Source: Octopus bimaculoides (lineage: Eukaryota). Taken from it: a DNA stretch of 64,000 bases. Shown here one piece after another: positions 40,096-51,660 of this stretch (within the stretch, counting starts at the first letter, position 1; each line of letters opens with the position of its first letter). The stretch lies in contig NC_068984.1 of NCBI RefSeq assembly GCF_001194135.2, positions 65,009,013 through 65,073,012 on the forward strand, written 5' to 3'. Under the pieces are notes generated by a model that saw only the letters and a list, made by a program, of their open reading frames with translations, had not been told where the DNA came from and made no database searches. Position numbers and translations under genes: made by a program.

Positions 40096-40282
40096 GTTCA
40101 GTAGTTTTATTTTTATAATGTGCTTTCACTTCACTACCGAGCGCAGCTCTGTGCGCCTTGGGTATATGCTGTGGTTTGCTGTGGTGCTCTTATGTTTACT
40201 GTATTGAAAGTGTTTTGCGTAGAATGTGTGCAGTACCCAGTAGTGCAATTTTCTGTATGTTATATATATTTGTAAGTCCTGC
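40096..40282 (-). mobile_element. Short R4/Dong-like 3' end inserted within an (ATT)n tract
   Basis: Minus strand GLTNIYNIQKIALLGTAHILRKTLSIQ* (40196-40281) then a 3'UTR. Flanked by (TAT)n on both sides (40056-40095 and 40283-40316). Confidence 0.88.
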
Positions 40283-40315
<33 letters not shown>

Positions 40316-40316
<1 letters not shown>

Positions 40317-40500
40317 GGCAGAATCAATAAAGTCACAGACAAAATGCCTTGAGGTATTTATTTAGTTCCACTTCTCTACATTCTGAGCTCAAGTTCCACT
40401 GAAGTCAACATTTTTCTTTTTTCTTTTTCATTCTATTCTTAAGTACTGGGGTTGTCCCTTCCCACAATTTTATTTGCCATGTGACTATGCTTGAAATACT
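40316..40500 (+). mobile_element. Family D SINE, decayed
   Basis: ggcagaatc head, ttctgagctcaagttcc B-box, aagtactggggt. Confidence 0.65.
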
Positions 40501-40510
40501 TATTATCATA

Positions 40511-40737
40511 AAGTGGCAAGCTGGCAGAATCATTAGCACCGCTGAGCAAAATGTCTGCCACAGCGTTCCGAGTTAAAATTCTGCAGAGGTCACCTTTGTC
40601 TTTCATCCTTTCAAAGTCAATAAATTAAGTACCAGTTGAGTACTGGAGTCAATATAATCAACTATCCACTTTCCCCAAATTTCTGGCCTTGTGCCTATAA
40701 TAGAAAGGATGATTATGATTATCATTATTATTATTAC

Positions 40738-40788
<51 letters not shown>

Positions 40789-40797
40789 CATCATCAT
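40511..40797 (+). mobile_element. Family D SINE plus long (ATT)n tail
   Basis: gcaagctggcagaatcattagc..gagttaaaattc..tttcatcctttc..aagtaccagttgagtactgg..ccttgtgcctataatagaaagg, then (ATT)n to about 40797. Confidence 0.85.
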
Positions 40798-40802
40798 TTT
40801 TA

Positions 40803-41020
40803 TTAAGGCAATGGGCTGGCAAAATCATTACTGCATTGAACAAAATGCTTAGTAGTATTTTTCAGCATTTTACATCTCAAGTTCAAATGCTCCCAAGGTT
40901 TAGCTTTGTTATTCATCCTTTCAGAATAAGGTAAGTACCAATTGAACATGGAGTAAATGTAATTGACTGTTCACTGCCATTAAAAATGTTGGTTTTGTGC
41001 CAAAAATTTAAAATCATTAT
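40803..41020 (+). mobile_element. Family D SINE
   Basis: ttaaggcaatgggctggcaaaatc..aagttcaaatg..ttcatcctttc..aagtaccaattg. Confidence 0.75.
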
Positions 41021-41049
41021 TGTTGTTGTTGCTGTCATTATTGTTGGAG

Positions 41050-41175
41050 TTTCTAAGTTGGGCACAGTGACAGCAATTTAGAGGAGAGGAGGCAAGTCAA
41101 TTGCATTGAACCATTATTTGACTGGTACTTTATTTTATTGACCTCTAAAATGATGAGAGACAAAGTTGAACCTTC
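41050..41175 (-). mobile_element. Family D SINE 3' half, inverted
   Basis: gggcacagtg..aagtcaattgcattgaacc..actggtactttatt..gacaaagttgaacc is the reverse complement of the family D 3' half. Confidence 0.6.
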
Positions 41176-41947
41176 TGAGGTCAACTTTGATTCTGCCAAG
41201 GTCAACTTATCCTTTAGTCCTTACCATGTTAAGCAATTACTGGTGTCACCAAACTTTCTGGCATTGTATTTATGCTGGAGATAATTGTCGTTGTTGTTGC
41301 TTAGTGTAAGTGCATGATTTTGATACAGCTCAGAGAAAGTTTATTTAATAGCAAGAGATTTATTTTCTTACATTTAAATAACAAGGAATATTGAAACATT
41401 TGAATGTCTATACCAATAACTTGGGATGGAAAAGAATATGATTAGTGCAAGGATATTTTTCTTATGTATTTTTGTAAAGCTTGTTTACTCATAATTCAAT
41501 ATGACTTCCTCTGGAACAGCAGAAAGAAGTGCTTGCTAAAACCATGGTAGTAATAGATATGGCCCAAGAAAAGTTTTGAAAACAAAAGCACGAATTTAGA
41601 AAGAATAGCCAAAAAGAAAAGGATATGGCAATTGCACAGATAGACACATTTATAAACACAGACAATAAACATGTAAACATAGACGCTAACAAACACTGGT
41701 TACAAAGATAATATAAACCTTGAAAGCAACAACTTTGCAAACATTACTAAATAAGGCAGGAGTGAGAGAGAGAGAAAGAGAGAGAGAGATATTGTAGATG
41801 TGTCAGCTTGCAGGAGAAAAACATGGAAGCAGTATATAAAAAAATAAAATAAAATAAATTTATAGTTCAGTTTTAGAAACTCAGTCATATAATTAGAATT
41901 CAATACACCTATATGGAATAAATTACATTCTACGACATTTTATTACT

Positions 41948-42425
41948 GAGGTCATGTAGCCTAGTGGTTAGAGCAGGGATCCCCAAACTTTTTAGACCAT
42001 CGACTCCTTCATGGAATCCTTGACTCCTCATCGACCCCCAGGCATGTACATGTACTAGAAAATAAATAAATAATAATAATAATTAAGTAGATGTGCAATT
42101 TCCCAACATTCATTGACTCCCTTTGAATAGAACCATCGACCCCTTGGGGTTGATATCGACCACTTTGGAGACCCCTGGTTTAGGGTGTTGCACTCATATT
42201 TGCAAGATCATGGTTTCAATTTCCAGTGTTTTTGAGTAAAACACTTTGCTTTACATTGCTCCAATCAACTCAGCTACAAATGAGCAGCCCTGCAATGAAC
42301 TGCCATCCTGTTCAAGGGGAATGTTATGGTCTTGGTCACTTACATGCCATTGTAACTGGGTAACCAGCCCTATGAGTCCTAAAACTCAACACAGTCATGT
42401 CCAGGAGTTGATGATAATGATGATT
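41948..42425 (+). mobile_element. Family C tRNA-derived SINE split by a MITE
   Basis: A box tagcctagtgg (41957-41967). After the MITE the element resumes gtttagggtgttgcactc..ggtttcaatttcc (B box), then a central ttgagtaaaacactt..ccctgcaatgaactg domain and a (GAT)n-like tail. Confidence 0.8.
41974..42177. mobile_element. hAT-superfamily MITE (204 bp)
   Basis: TIRs CAGGGATCCCCAAACT / reverse complement CAGGGGTCTCCAAAGT (13/16). 8-bp TSD ggttagag (41966-41973) / gtttaggg (42178-42185). Repeated subterminal atcgacccc/atcgactcc motifs. Confidence 0.88.
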
Positions 42426-43789
42426 ATGATATTTTCTTATATTTGAAATAACGAGGAACATGACATGTCTAGAGACATATGCTAAATTTTTTTTTCTCTT
42501 GATGATACTGGAAATATATTCAAACTTCTGACAAATGTGTAATATAGTCATCTAATCTAGCATCTCTAAAAAGACAAAATGTTAAATGAAACTCTGGTCA
42601 CACAAAATAAATTTCCTCAAAAATTTTGTAGGCAATATTAAGATAAAATTGCAAGAGAGTATATCAGAATTCTTCATTTGTTCACGATCCTTTAATCTAC
42701 TGAACCAGAAAAGGCCTCAAATTACTCTAATACTATTGCAATGTTGTATGGGTTCCCTGGTGATAGAAATGCAACTTTCTCAAAAAATGTACTATGTCAT
42801 ACTAAAAGGAATTTTTTGCAACGCTGGTTCAGATTTTTGTTATTGAAGCAAGAAATAATATAAAATATCTTCAAAAAGCCACACAGAATATAATCTCAAG
42901 ATAACTGTATGGTATGAGTGCAGTAAGTACTGAATGTGAATAACTGAAGATTAGTTATTAGTTAGGGTAAAATATTATTTAAAGGCATGCAAAAAAAGAG
43001 AGTGTGGGAAGGATGTTGGAAAGTCTTGGAGGGACGCTGGAAAGTATGAGAGAGGATTTCAATAGGTGGCGTTACTTCGAGTTTATATTGAGTTCGTGGG
43101 TTTGGAGGAACAGCATCCATTGTTTACAAAAAATTTATGGACAATTTGCATGGAGAGATATGCTTATATGACAGACAGACACATTTTTGAAAGTTTGAGA
43201 CAGCATGACATTCTTAGCTAAACACCTTTGTAAATGTAAAGACGGGAAAAAGACAGAAATAATTCAAATGAAAATATCGTTAAACAAGATATTCATCAGT
43301 AAGTCTCTATTGAAAGCTAAAAAGGAATTTATCCTATTATAAAAGCAAGTTGAGAGGAAACTTTTCTTCTCTAATTTAAAGTCTGTTATCAGACTTTAGG
43401 AAATAAAACTGAGTTGCCAACTTGTAATGTTATTGAATTATCAAGTCTAGCTATGAATACTTATCAAATTATGAATTCTAAACAAATTTTAAAATTTACT
43501 TGAAACATCATATTGATTGTTCACCTTGAGTTAATAGATTTAAGATTTATGGGTCTTAAAATTACTTAGAATCTTAATAAATCCCCACTAAAAGGAAAAT
43601 ATATTTAGCTATAAGGGCAAAAATAAATATCAATGTTAATTATAAAATAGAATATTAGGCTTTTCAATAAATTTGCCAATAATTTCAAATATAAAAATTA
43701 TTATTTTTAGCTATTGTTATAATCACTGTAAACAATAAAGAAGATCACCATCATTATGTATTTTCATAAGGTATTTCCAGATTATGAAA

Positions 43790-44110
43790 CAGGTCATTAA
43801 AATTGATCCTCGTACTTCTTCATATCATTTAGTATTTCTTTTGTAAGTTTCATTATTGAAAAGTTTGGATTATCTCACTTCTGCAGATTGTTTTGGCAGG
43901 TTTCCATTCTGACTAACTTACAGTAAGATTCTATGAAAACTCTTCACTAAGTTTCTATCCTTCATTCTCGCCTACACAATCATGCCAATCTTTTCCATTC
44001 AACATTAGATGTTTTTGATAACAATCTTCTTTCTTGAGCTTGCCTAAAGCTAATCCATAAACTTCATCTTGAAAAACAAACAAATCATATCCATTTATGT
44101 CCATTCTGCT
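43790..44110 (-). mobile_element. Decayed coding-like TE remnant, possibly R4-like pre-RT region
   Basis: Interrupted frames such as KRLA*LCRRE*RIET**RVF loosely resemble the RLRRY..R..QNRLF region. A similar RKLVFQTVH.QKFY remnant lies at about 45130-45230. Confidence 0.3.
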
Positions 44111-44454
44111 CTTTTCAGGTTTTCTGAGATAAATAATTTGCTAACCCAAAACAATTAATATATTAGTTTAATTCAAGAATGAAAATGTTTTACAAATATT
44201 TCTGTTTATCTCTATACAGTTCTTAAATTTATTTCTAGTTTGGATTCTTACTTCATCAAAATAGTGTTGGATCCTTACTACATCAGAGGGTTTATCAGTG
44301 TTTTATGTAGTCTACAACATGAACTGTCATGTTGCGAGCACTGATAAATACATAACAAGTTGTCTTGTCAGTTATCATTACTTTCAATCAATGAACTTTT
44401 GATATATAAGAAATCATTTTCTATTAATCATATTCAACCATGGAATAAACTAAA

Positions 44455-44710
44455 TTGTATCAGTAAAAACAGGAGTAGTGTATGGAAGATAAATCCTATG
44501 TGTCATTCTTTAAAAATCAGAGGTACCAGCTAATAAAGAAATTGGTCATTGATCATGTGCAAAATGTCAATGATAGGAAGCATTGATATAGAGAAATATT
44601 CGTTTTAAAGATCCCTGAAGTTAATAAAAGGGATATTTATTAATACGATAATGCCATACAACTGATGCATGGAAAAGCATTTAATAACAAGCATGCAGCT
44701 GTTAAATTCA
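44455..44710 (+). mobile_element. Decayed non-LTR RT core remnant (R4-like)
   Basis: SVKTGVVYG (motif B-like) and IDHVQNVNDRK (INHLLYMDDLK-like) at plausible spacing. Confidence 0.4.
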
Positions 44711-46524
44711 TTTTAAATTTAAATTTCTTTCAGGAGGTGTAACTGTGTCACAGTTTACTGTGTTATTCAAAAGCTAGAATGACTCTTGCACAATGAATTT
44801 GCTTCAATTTCAACTACACAAGTAGAACTCCTAAATTTGATGTATCTTTCGCTCCAGATTTTTATTGTTAAGAAGAGGTTAATCAGTTTCATTGATAAAT
44901 GTTTTGCTTGGCTAAATATTGTGATGAAAAATTTTTCTTCTATTAAACTAGGGTAGAATTATTCTTATACTAGAACTTTCACACCAAGAATGATCAGATT
45001 TAATGCCAAATTATATCAATGTTTTTCCTTCACCTTGTCCCCTTTTCCATCACCATATTCTCATCAAACTATTCTATTACAACACCATCAATTAATATTC
45101 ACGATATCTTGGAATTTTTTCCCCACACAAATGTGTTCTCAATGTTCTGCATCAAGCAAGAAGTAAAATTTTTGTCAGTGAACTGTTTGGAATACTAATT
45201 TTCTGCTTCTGTATCCTATTTCCCTATTTCATTTACTGATATTCCGAGTTAATGGTAACTTTTAACACTATGTTTAAACATAAATGTCTACTTTGCCTTT
45301 CATCCTTTTGATAAAAATAGAGCCCAGTTGTTAGGGGTCAATACAATCAACTATACACTCAAAGGCAATGCTCAAGCATGTTTACAGTCCATTTATTGAA
45401 AAAATGTATAATGATAAAAGAATTTTGAAAAAAGAACAGAAAACAGACAATTCTTGAGTTCTTAAGAGCAGGTTCCATGCTTACTGGTCTTCAAAGGGGA
45501 TAGTATTCATGAAGGAGTTGGTGTTTATGGCAGACAATGCTATAAATAATGTAATTCGAGACATAGCAGACTGACTATTTCCAATGGAGCTAATTCTAAG
45601 TATTTTTGAAGCAGTTTTGCTTGAAGTTTAACATATGATGGTGTATCATCCAAGTTATAATACCTTTTAGATTCTGACCAACTAAGTAACACATGCATGC
45701 ATGTGTGTGTATGCGTTTTGCTAAGGAAAGTAGCAGAAAATGAAATGAAATCCTAACATATCCAAGAACTCATAGTCTGTCAAATGGAAGATGAGTGCCA
45801 CATTTGCTTCACACTGGAATATAACAATCAGATCCAAGAGATAAATGTGTGAAAAACAAGAACGAGATAAAGAAAGAATATGTATGTTCTAATCATCCTC
45901 ATCAACACCTTATGCCTGCTTTCCATGCAGGAAGCATTTGCATATGAAATAAAATGTATGAAGATATTAAATGGATTGTTGGTTAAAATATCAATCCATA
46001 CATATCTATATCAGGTATTCAGAACTAATGTAGTTTCAATGATCTCTTGTTTACATAATGTCGACATAAAGTTTCTATTTACCACCACTGCTCTTGTTTA
46101 ATGTTTTGCCCCAATCAGATGTTTAAGTTCATTTGGCTGCTGACTGTCTAACTGAATAACTAATGATATCAATTCAATGACAATTTCACATCCCAGTTAA
46201 TATTGATGATGTTTCATATCTTTGGTAATACATTAAGATTAACACATCAAAAAAAGGGCAGTGATAAAAACATTTAACTATGTCTTCCTTAATGTAAAGG
46301 GAAATGATTTGAGATAATGTTCATTAATATCAAGAGATGTCTCATGGATTAACAAACATTAAAATCTCAGATTACAGTGTGGAAGAGAGTACACTTGGGA
46401 TAATGAACAGAGACCAGCTGAATGCTCCATGTGGACTTAAGCAGATGTGGTTGGTTGCATGCTAGATCAGAGTAACTGAAGCCAAGAGAGTAGTAATAGA
46501 AGATATTATACATTATGTATTGTT

Positions 46525-46583
46525 GAGCAGCTGAGGACTTTGCTTCCTAGCCATGTTGTTCCAGGTTCAGCCCTATTGCATGG
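46525..46583 (+). mobile_element. Family A SINE head; a matching tail fragment lies at about 47340-47480
   Basis: ctttgcttcctagccatgttgttccaggttcagccc; tail aagaagggcatctggcag near 47445. Confidence 0.55.
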
Positions 46584-46659
46584 TAACTTATATATATATA
46601 TATACACATATGCATATACAAATATACATACATACATACATATATATGTATTTATATAT

Positions 46660-47090
46660 ATTCATAAGAATGGTACAACAAGGTACCGATATTTGCTGGA
46701 GAATAGCGATCGATATAAAAACGACGCTATCGTATAGCTTCACTGCGTATATACTCAGTTCCGTTAACGGCTTGGCGTTCGGGCGAGTATACTTGGCATT
46801 GATGTAGCAACATTTGAAATGTTGTCTAGGTAAATGCAACTGATGAAGACTAATCAGATTTACGTTGTGGAACGTATTTGAAAAGTCTGAAGCCTAGGTA
46901 TTGCATTATCCTTAATCTGGGTTGTTCATTTTCGGATGTTCTTCCTAAGGTAAGACAAGTTTTTCATGTTTTGTTGCACACACGCATTTTTGCTAGTATA
47001 TACGCAGTGAAGCTATACGATAGCGTCGTTTTTATATCGATCGCTATTCTCCAGCAAATATCGGTACCTTGTTGTACCATTCTTATGAAT
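46660..47090 (+). mobile_element. Young 431-bp inverted-repeat element, probably a Penelope-like solo pLTR with an inverted terminal copy (alternatively a MITE)
   Basis: Arms 46660-46755 and 46995-47090 are perfect reverse complements (96/96, checked base by base), with 7 CpG per arm. Inserted in (TA)n. The spacer holds a hammerhead-like fold and an AG|GTAAGA donor-like site at 46950. Confidence 0.85.
46833..46907 (+). ncRNA. Type I hammerhead ribozyme-like RNA (GAAG variant core)
   Basis: Stem I aatgcaa (46833-39)/ttgcatt (46901-07); core CTGATGA (46840-46); stem II agact/agtct extended by tca/tga and tacgtt-gtgg-aacgta; GAAG (46889-92); palindromic stem III CCTAGG; GUA site with predicted cleavage after 46900. 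Confidence 0.7.
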
Positions 47091-49009
47091 TTATATATAT
47101 ATACCCTTTAGGGCTACTTTTTGCTGGAAATTGATACATTTGTATTAACACATTTGTATTGAAATATTTTTCATGTATTTATATATATATACATATATAT
47201 ATATACACATATACTCATACATACACACACATGCATATACAAATATGCATATATATACACACACACACATATACATACACACACACATATACATTCACAC
47301 ACACACATGTATATATTATGTTTATGCATGTTTATTTACATATGCAATCATCTGTACAAGAGCAGAGAGGGCATTGTTGTCAGTTTCTTTTGTGAGCAAA
47401 TCATTCAGGTACTTAGTTGAAAAAACAGGTATGGATTGGCCCTAAGAAGGGCATCTGGCAGAAAACAATGCTTCAAATAACGTATGCATGTAATACATGT
47501 TAATAAAACTCATTCTAATGTGAGTGTTTGCGTGAGAAAGAAAGGGAGTTATACAGACGGAAAAGGCGTAAGAGGCAGGAGAGTCATCAAATGAGTTTGA
47601 TATTAATGGATATTTGCAGTTAAACTTGGAAAATTACAATATAATAAATTCATATATTTGCCAACAAATCATTGAAATGCTATTGAAAACCAAGAAGCCT
47701 CAGAAAAGTTTCAAATAAAGCTATTTGAAAACACATGCAAAGGAATTTCATAAAACCTTCAAGCATTAAATTAAGAAGCTTTTCCATTGTCAGTTTTGCA
47801 AAACTTCAACTTCTTATAAGAAAACAAAAGTCTTTCAATGTGAACATTAAAATATGAATTTTTCAATTAGAATTTGAACTCCACAGCTCATCTGGTATAT
47901 TATTTTATCCAATCATGAAACAAAGAATTATTGTTTTATCTCATATCCAAAAATCTCATTTGCCGACATTATATTTTTGAAGATTGATAAATTTAATATC
48001 AATTTTAACAAACAGATTAATTAATTTTGTTCTCATGTTAGATCTTTGTACATCAGAATAGACAATTGGTATGCAACCCATATCATGAATCTCAGAATGT
48101 TGCTATGGTGATCTTAGGAAACATATGTACCTTAAGTGACAGCACCATGTGTGAAAGGGAAAGTAAAGCTTAGCTACAACATAAAAAGAAAAAAAAAGAA
48201 CTAATTTTTTTTTAAATCAGTGATACAACAAAAAGAGGCTCCCAACATGTATGATTGACCAATTCTTAGACTACAGTACCTCCGTTACTTTACCATTGAA
48301 TGACATATCTCTTTATTATTTCATAAAGATATCATATTGAAAGTATGAAATAAACCAAATTTTAGTATTCTGAAAGCATTTCAATTCCAGTATTTTTTTT
48401 TTTAAATGTCAGATTTATTTTGTCTTTACAATATACTCACTTGCCATTTTGAAACTATTCTTGTATATGCAAATAAAAAGTTTATTTTGTAAAAGAAAAA
48501 TTGTCATGTAATTGCAAATTTCATTATTTATTTTATTCCAATAATTTTGATTTCTTTAAACTAAAATAAATATTCAATAGTAAATATATTTTTTTCTTAA
48601 ATTGTGTAAAAAGAATGAAAGGAAATTATATCCAAAAGGCACTTGAAATGTTTAATGATAAAGATAGAAAAGAGAATGAAAAACAGTTTTTGATGCTCAA
48701 AAGAGGTATTTCCTTGTTCCTTTCTTTGTAATAATTCTTAGTTTTTTAAGAATCAATAATTTTTTGTCACTTTTTAAGATTGAACTAGATGGTTTAAGTG
48801 AGAAGAATTGATAGTTTTTTTTTTCTTTTTTAATAATTTACTTGCCAATATTTATACCAATTTCATAAAGAATGGTTCAATTTTACTGATACCCTACTGA
48901 CAATGCAGTTTAAATTACAAGTTTGATTATAATGATAATAACATGTTAAATGAAACTATTTACAATTTATACTTTCTCGAAATAAAAATAATAATATGAA
49001 ACAAGAATA

Positions 49010-50274
49010 TTATCAGGTCATTAAGTATGAAATGTCTGATTTTCTTATGCACCAAATTTGACAGCTGTTAACTCTAATCTTTTATCCTGACAATTCTTAG
49101 TTTCATAACATTGTAAAGTTACATCATCACTTTCGAAATGCAATTCATGGTGTCTAATTATATTGTAAATCAATTGTTGTAAACCTATGGATAGATAAAA
49201 AATTCGTGTCATTTATGAATATGATTTTCATCATGGGACCAATGCATCCCAGTCAGTTCGAAACATCAATTAAGATGTGGCGAATGGGAGTACTGTATGT
49301 CGATAGTTTGAGAATTTCTGGTCTGGTGACTTTACTCTTGAAAATCAGCCCTGTGGTAGACCTGAGACCAAGGTGGATAATGATGAGCTGGAAACTGTAG
49401 TGGAAGTGGATAGATCTCAAACTATGCATGAGTTAGCAGCAAGGTTTGATGTTTTGATTCCAACTATATTGAACCATCTGAAACAAATCAGCAAAGTAAT
49501 GAAGCTGGACAAGTGGGTACCACATGAACTGAACGAGCATCAAATGATACTTCATCTTGAAACGCTGTTCTTTGCTGTCATGGCATAAAAGGGAACCTTT
49601 TTTGCGTTGTATTGTACATGTGATGAAAAATAGATTCTTTTTAACAATAGCAAATGTCCTGCATGGTGGTTGGATAGAGATGAAGTGTCAAAACACAATC
49701 CAAAAAGAATATTCACCAAAAAAAGCTAATGGAGTTTGTTTGATGGTTCAGTGCTGGTGTCATCCACTGCAGCTTCATGAGACTTGGTAAGTCAATTACA
49801 GTGGATGTATACATCAACCAATTGGATGAAATGATGAGTGAACTTGCAATTAAACAACCGAGATTGATCAATAGAGACAAGCCAATTCTCTTTCAAGGCA
49901 ACGCTTTGATCACATGTTGCACAAAGAATGCTACTCAAGTTAGAGGAACTGAACTTGGAAGTACGCTGTCATCCACCGTATTCACCAGACCTTGAACCAA
50001 CTGACTATCATGTTTTCTAGGTATTAGACAACTTTTTGCAAGGAAAAAGCTTCAAATTTGAAGAAGATGCAAAACAACAGCCTTTTGTGATTTCATCACC
50101 TCTTGCTCTCTTGACTTTTTCACTGCTGACATGAATATGCTACTGGTAAAATGGCAAAATTGTGTTGATAATTTACGTGCATACTTTAACTGCATTGCTT
50201 TTTGTCAAGATAAAGTAAAATAAACTTGCAGTTCAAGATCAGGCATTTAATATGTGATCTTAATGACCTGATAA
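49010..50274 (+). mobile_element. Full-length decayed mariner (Tc1/mariner DD34D-type) transposon, 1265 bp
   Basis: TIRs ttatcaggtcattaag (49010-49025) and cttaatgacctgataa (50259-50274), with TA on both flanks. Transposase motifs inside. Confidence 0.93.
49130..50190 (+). pseudogene. Mariner transposase pseudogene (frameshifts and stops)
   Basis: HTH region then WVPHEL (49514-49531), CDEK*ILF, QGNA (second catalytic D apparently mutated) and PPYSPDLEPTDYH (YSPDL at 49979-49993), spread over several frames. Confidence 0.9.
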
Positions 50275-51499
50275 TATATAAATGAAGGAACCTAAAAGCT
50301 AATTTAAAATCAAAACTAATTCTACTGAAATATTTATTAATAATATCAGTAAGTACTAATATACCATTAATAAAGTAAAAATATTATAAATTACAACCAC
50401 AAAAATATTGTTTTATGCTAAAAGCTTCAATATATGGACAAAGACATCTTAGATTATCTAGATATCCAGATATTTTCTAGTGAATGCTTGTTTCCAAATA
50501 TCACTGTGATATTGTGACAGGAAAAAATAAATCAAAATGTTTTGATTGTAGTCAAGATTTTGACAATACAAATCATTAAAGGCTTTACAAATTAGAAGTG
50601 ATCCAAAACAACAACTGATATGTATGCATCTACCTTACCACTACCCCTTCCAAGTGGTGTGCTTGTGCACATGAGCATGTTTTGCACAAAGTGTTAGTTG
50701 CCCAAAACAATATAGTAACTAGCAGTGACACTTTTACACTCAGTTGTACATGCTTCTGTCACAAGAAAACAAATTGTGCAACATCAGCTTTTTTCACACA
50801 CACTAGTTACTAAAAATTGGAGGAAACATTGTTTCATCATAGACAAGCTTTACAAGTTGAATAAATTTAATTATTTTTCATAATATAAATGTTTGTAGTG
50901 GAACAAAGGTAACCAATGAAACCTTAGAAGAAATCCATAAATTTTTCATTAGCACACTAGATATAGCACGCCTCCATTTGATCAGAAACTATGCTATTTG
51001 CCACATAGTAATTGATAATATGGACAACAGCATGGTAGTATTCATTGAGATTCAAATAGTTTGAAGAATTCAATAGTGTTCACAGCAATGACAAGTAAGG
51101 TGAGCACGAGATTGTTGATTTACTAGTTAGAGTTGACTGGCAACCTTGCTGAGAATTTTGATCCAGTACGAAATTTGATATTAACTTTAAAATATTGTGC
51201 TTTGTGCAAGTGAGATCAGACAGAAAATTTATTTTCACAACAGTGTTCTACAATCTGCATACATGCTTCTTAAATGTGTAAATAAGCACTCAATTCTAGT
51301 ATTTCTGCTTTCACATGTATGTAATCAAAGGGTTTGATATCAGTGTTAGCAAAGGGATTTCTTCAGAGTAACTGGAGCTTTAAAAGCAGCAGAAAATTTT
51401 TCAATAATTATCAGGAAGGTAGTGGTAGATTTAATCCATTATCAGGTTTCATACCATCATCTTGACCTCTTGTAGACCTTTATTGGACTGCACTCTGTT

Positions 51500-51660
51500 G
51501 CAAGCATTTGATGGTAGTGTTGATGGTGGTAGTGGTGGTAATGAGATGCAGGAATGATAAAAGTGAGGGAGTGAAGACGATGGTGAAGATGATAGTGGTG
51601 ATGATGATAATGATGATGAGGATGGTGATGAGGATGAGGATGATGGTGATTGGGATGATA
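51500..51660. repeat. Degenerate (GAT)/(GGT) trinucleotide repeat
   Basis: Directly visible; explains the ORFs at 51449-51732. Confidence 0.9.

Noticed and set aside
43270-43305. Minus-strand CTGATGA followed by a 5-bp stem (atatc/gatat)
   Set aside because: The stem is followed by TTTC rather than GAAA; no stem I or III.
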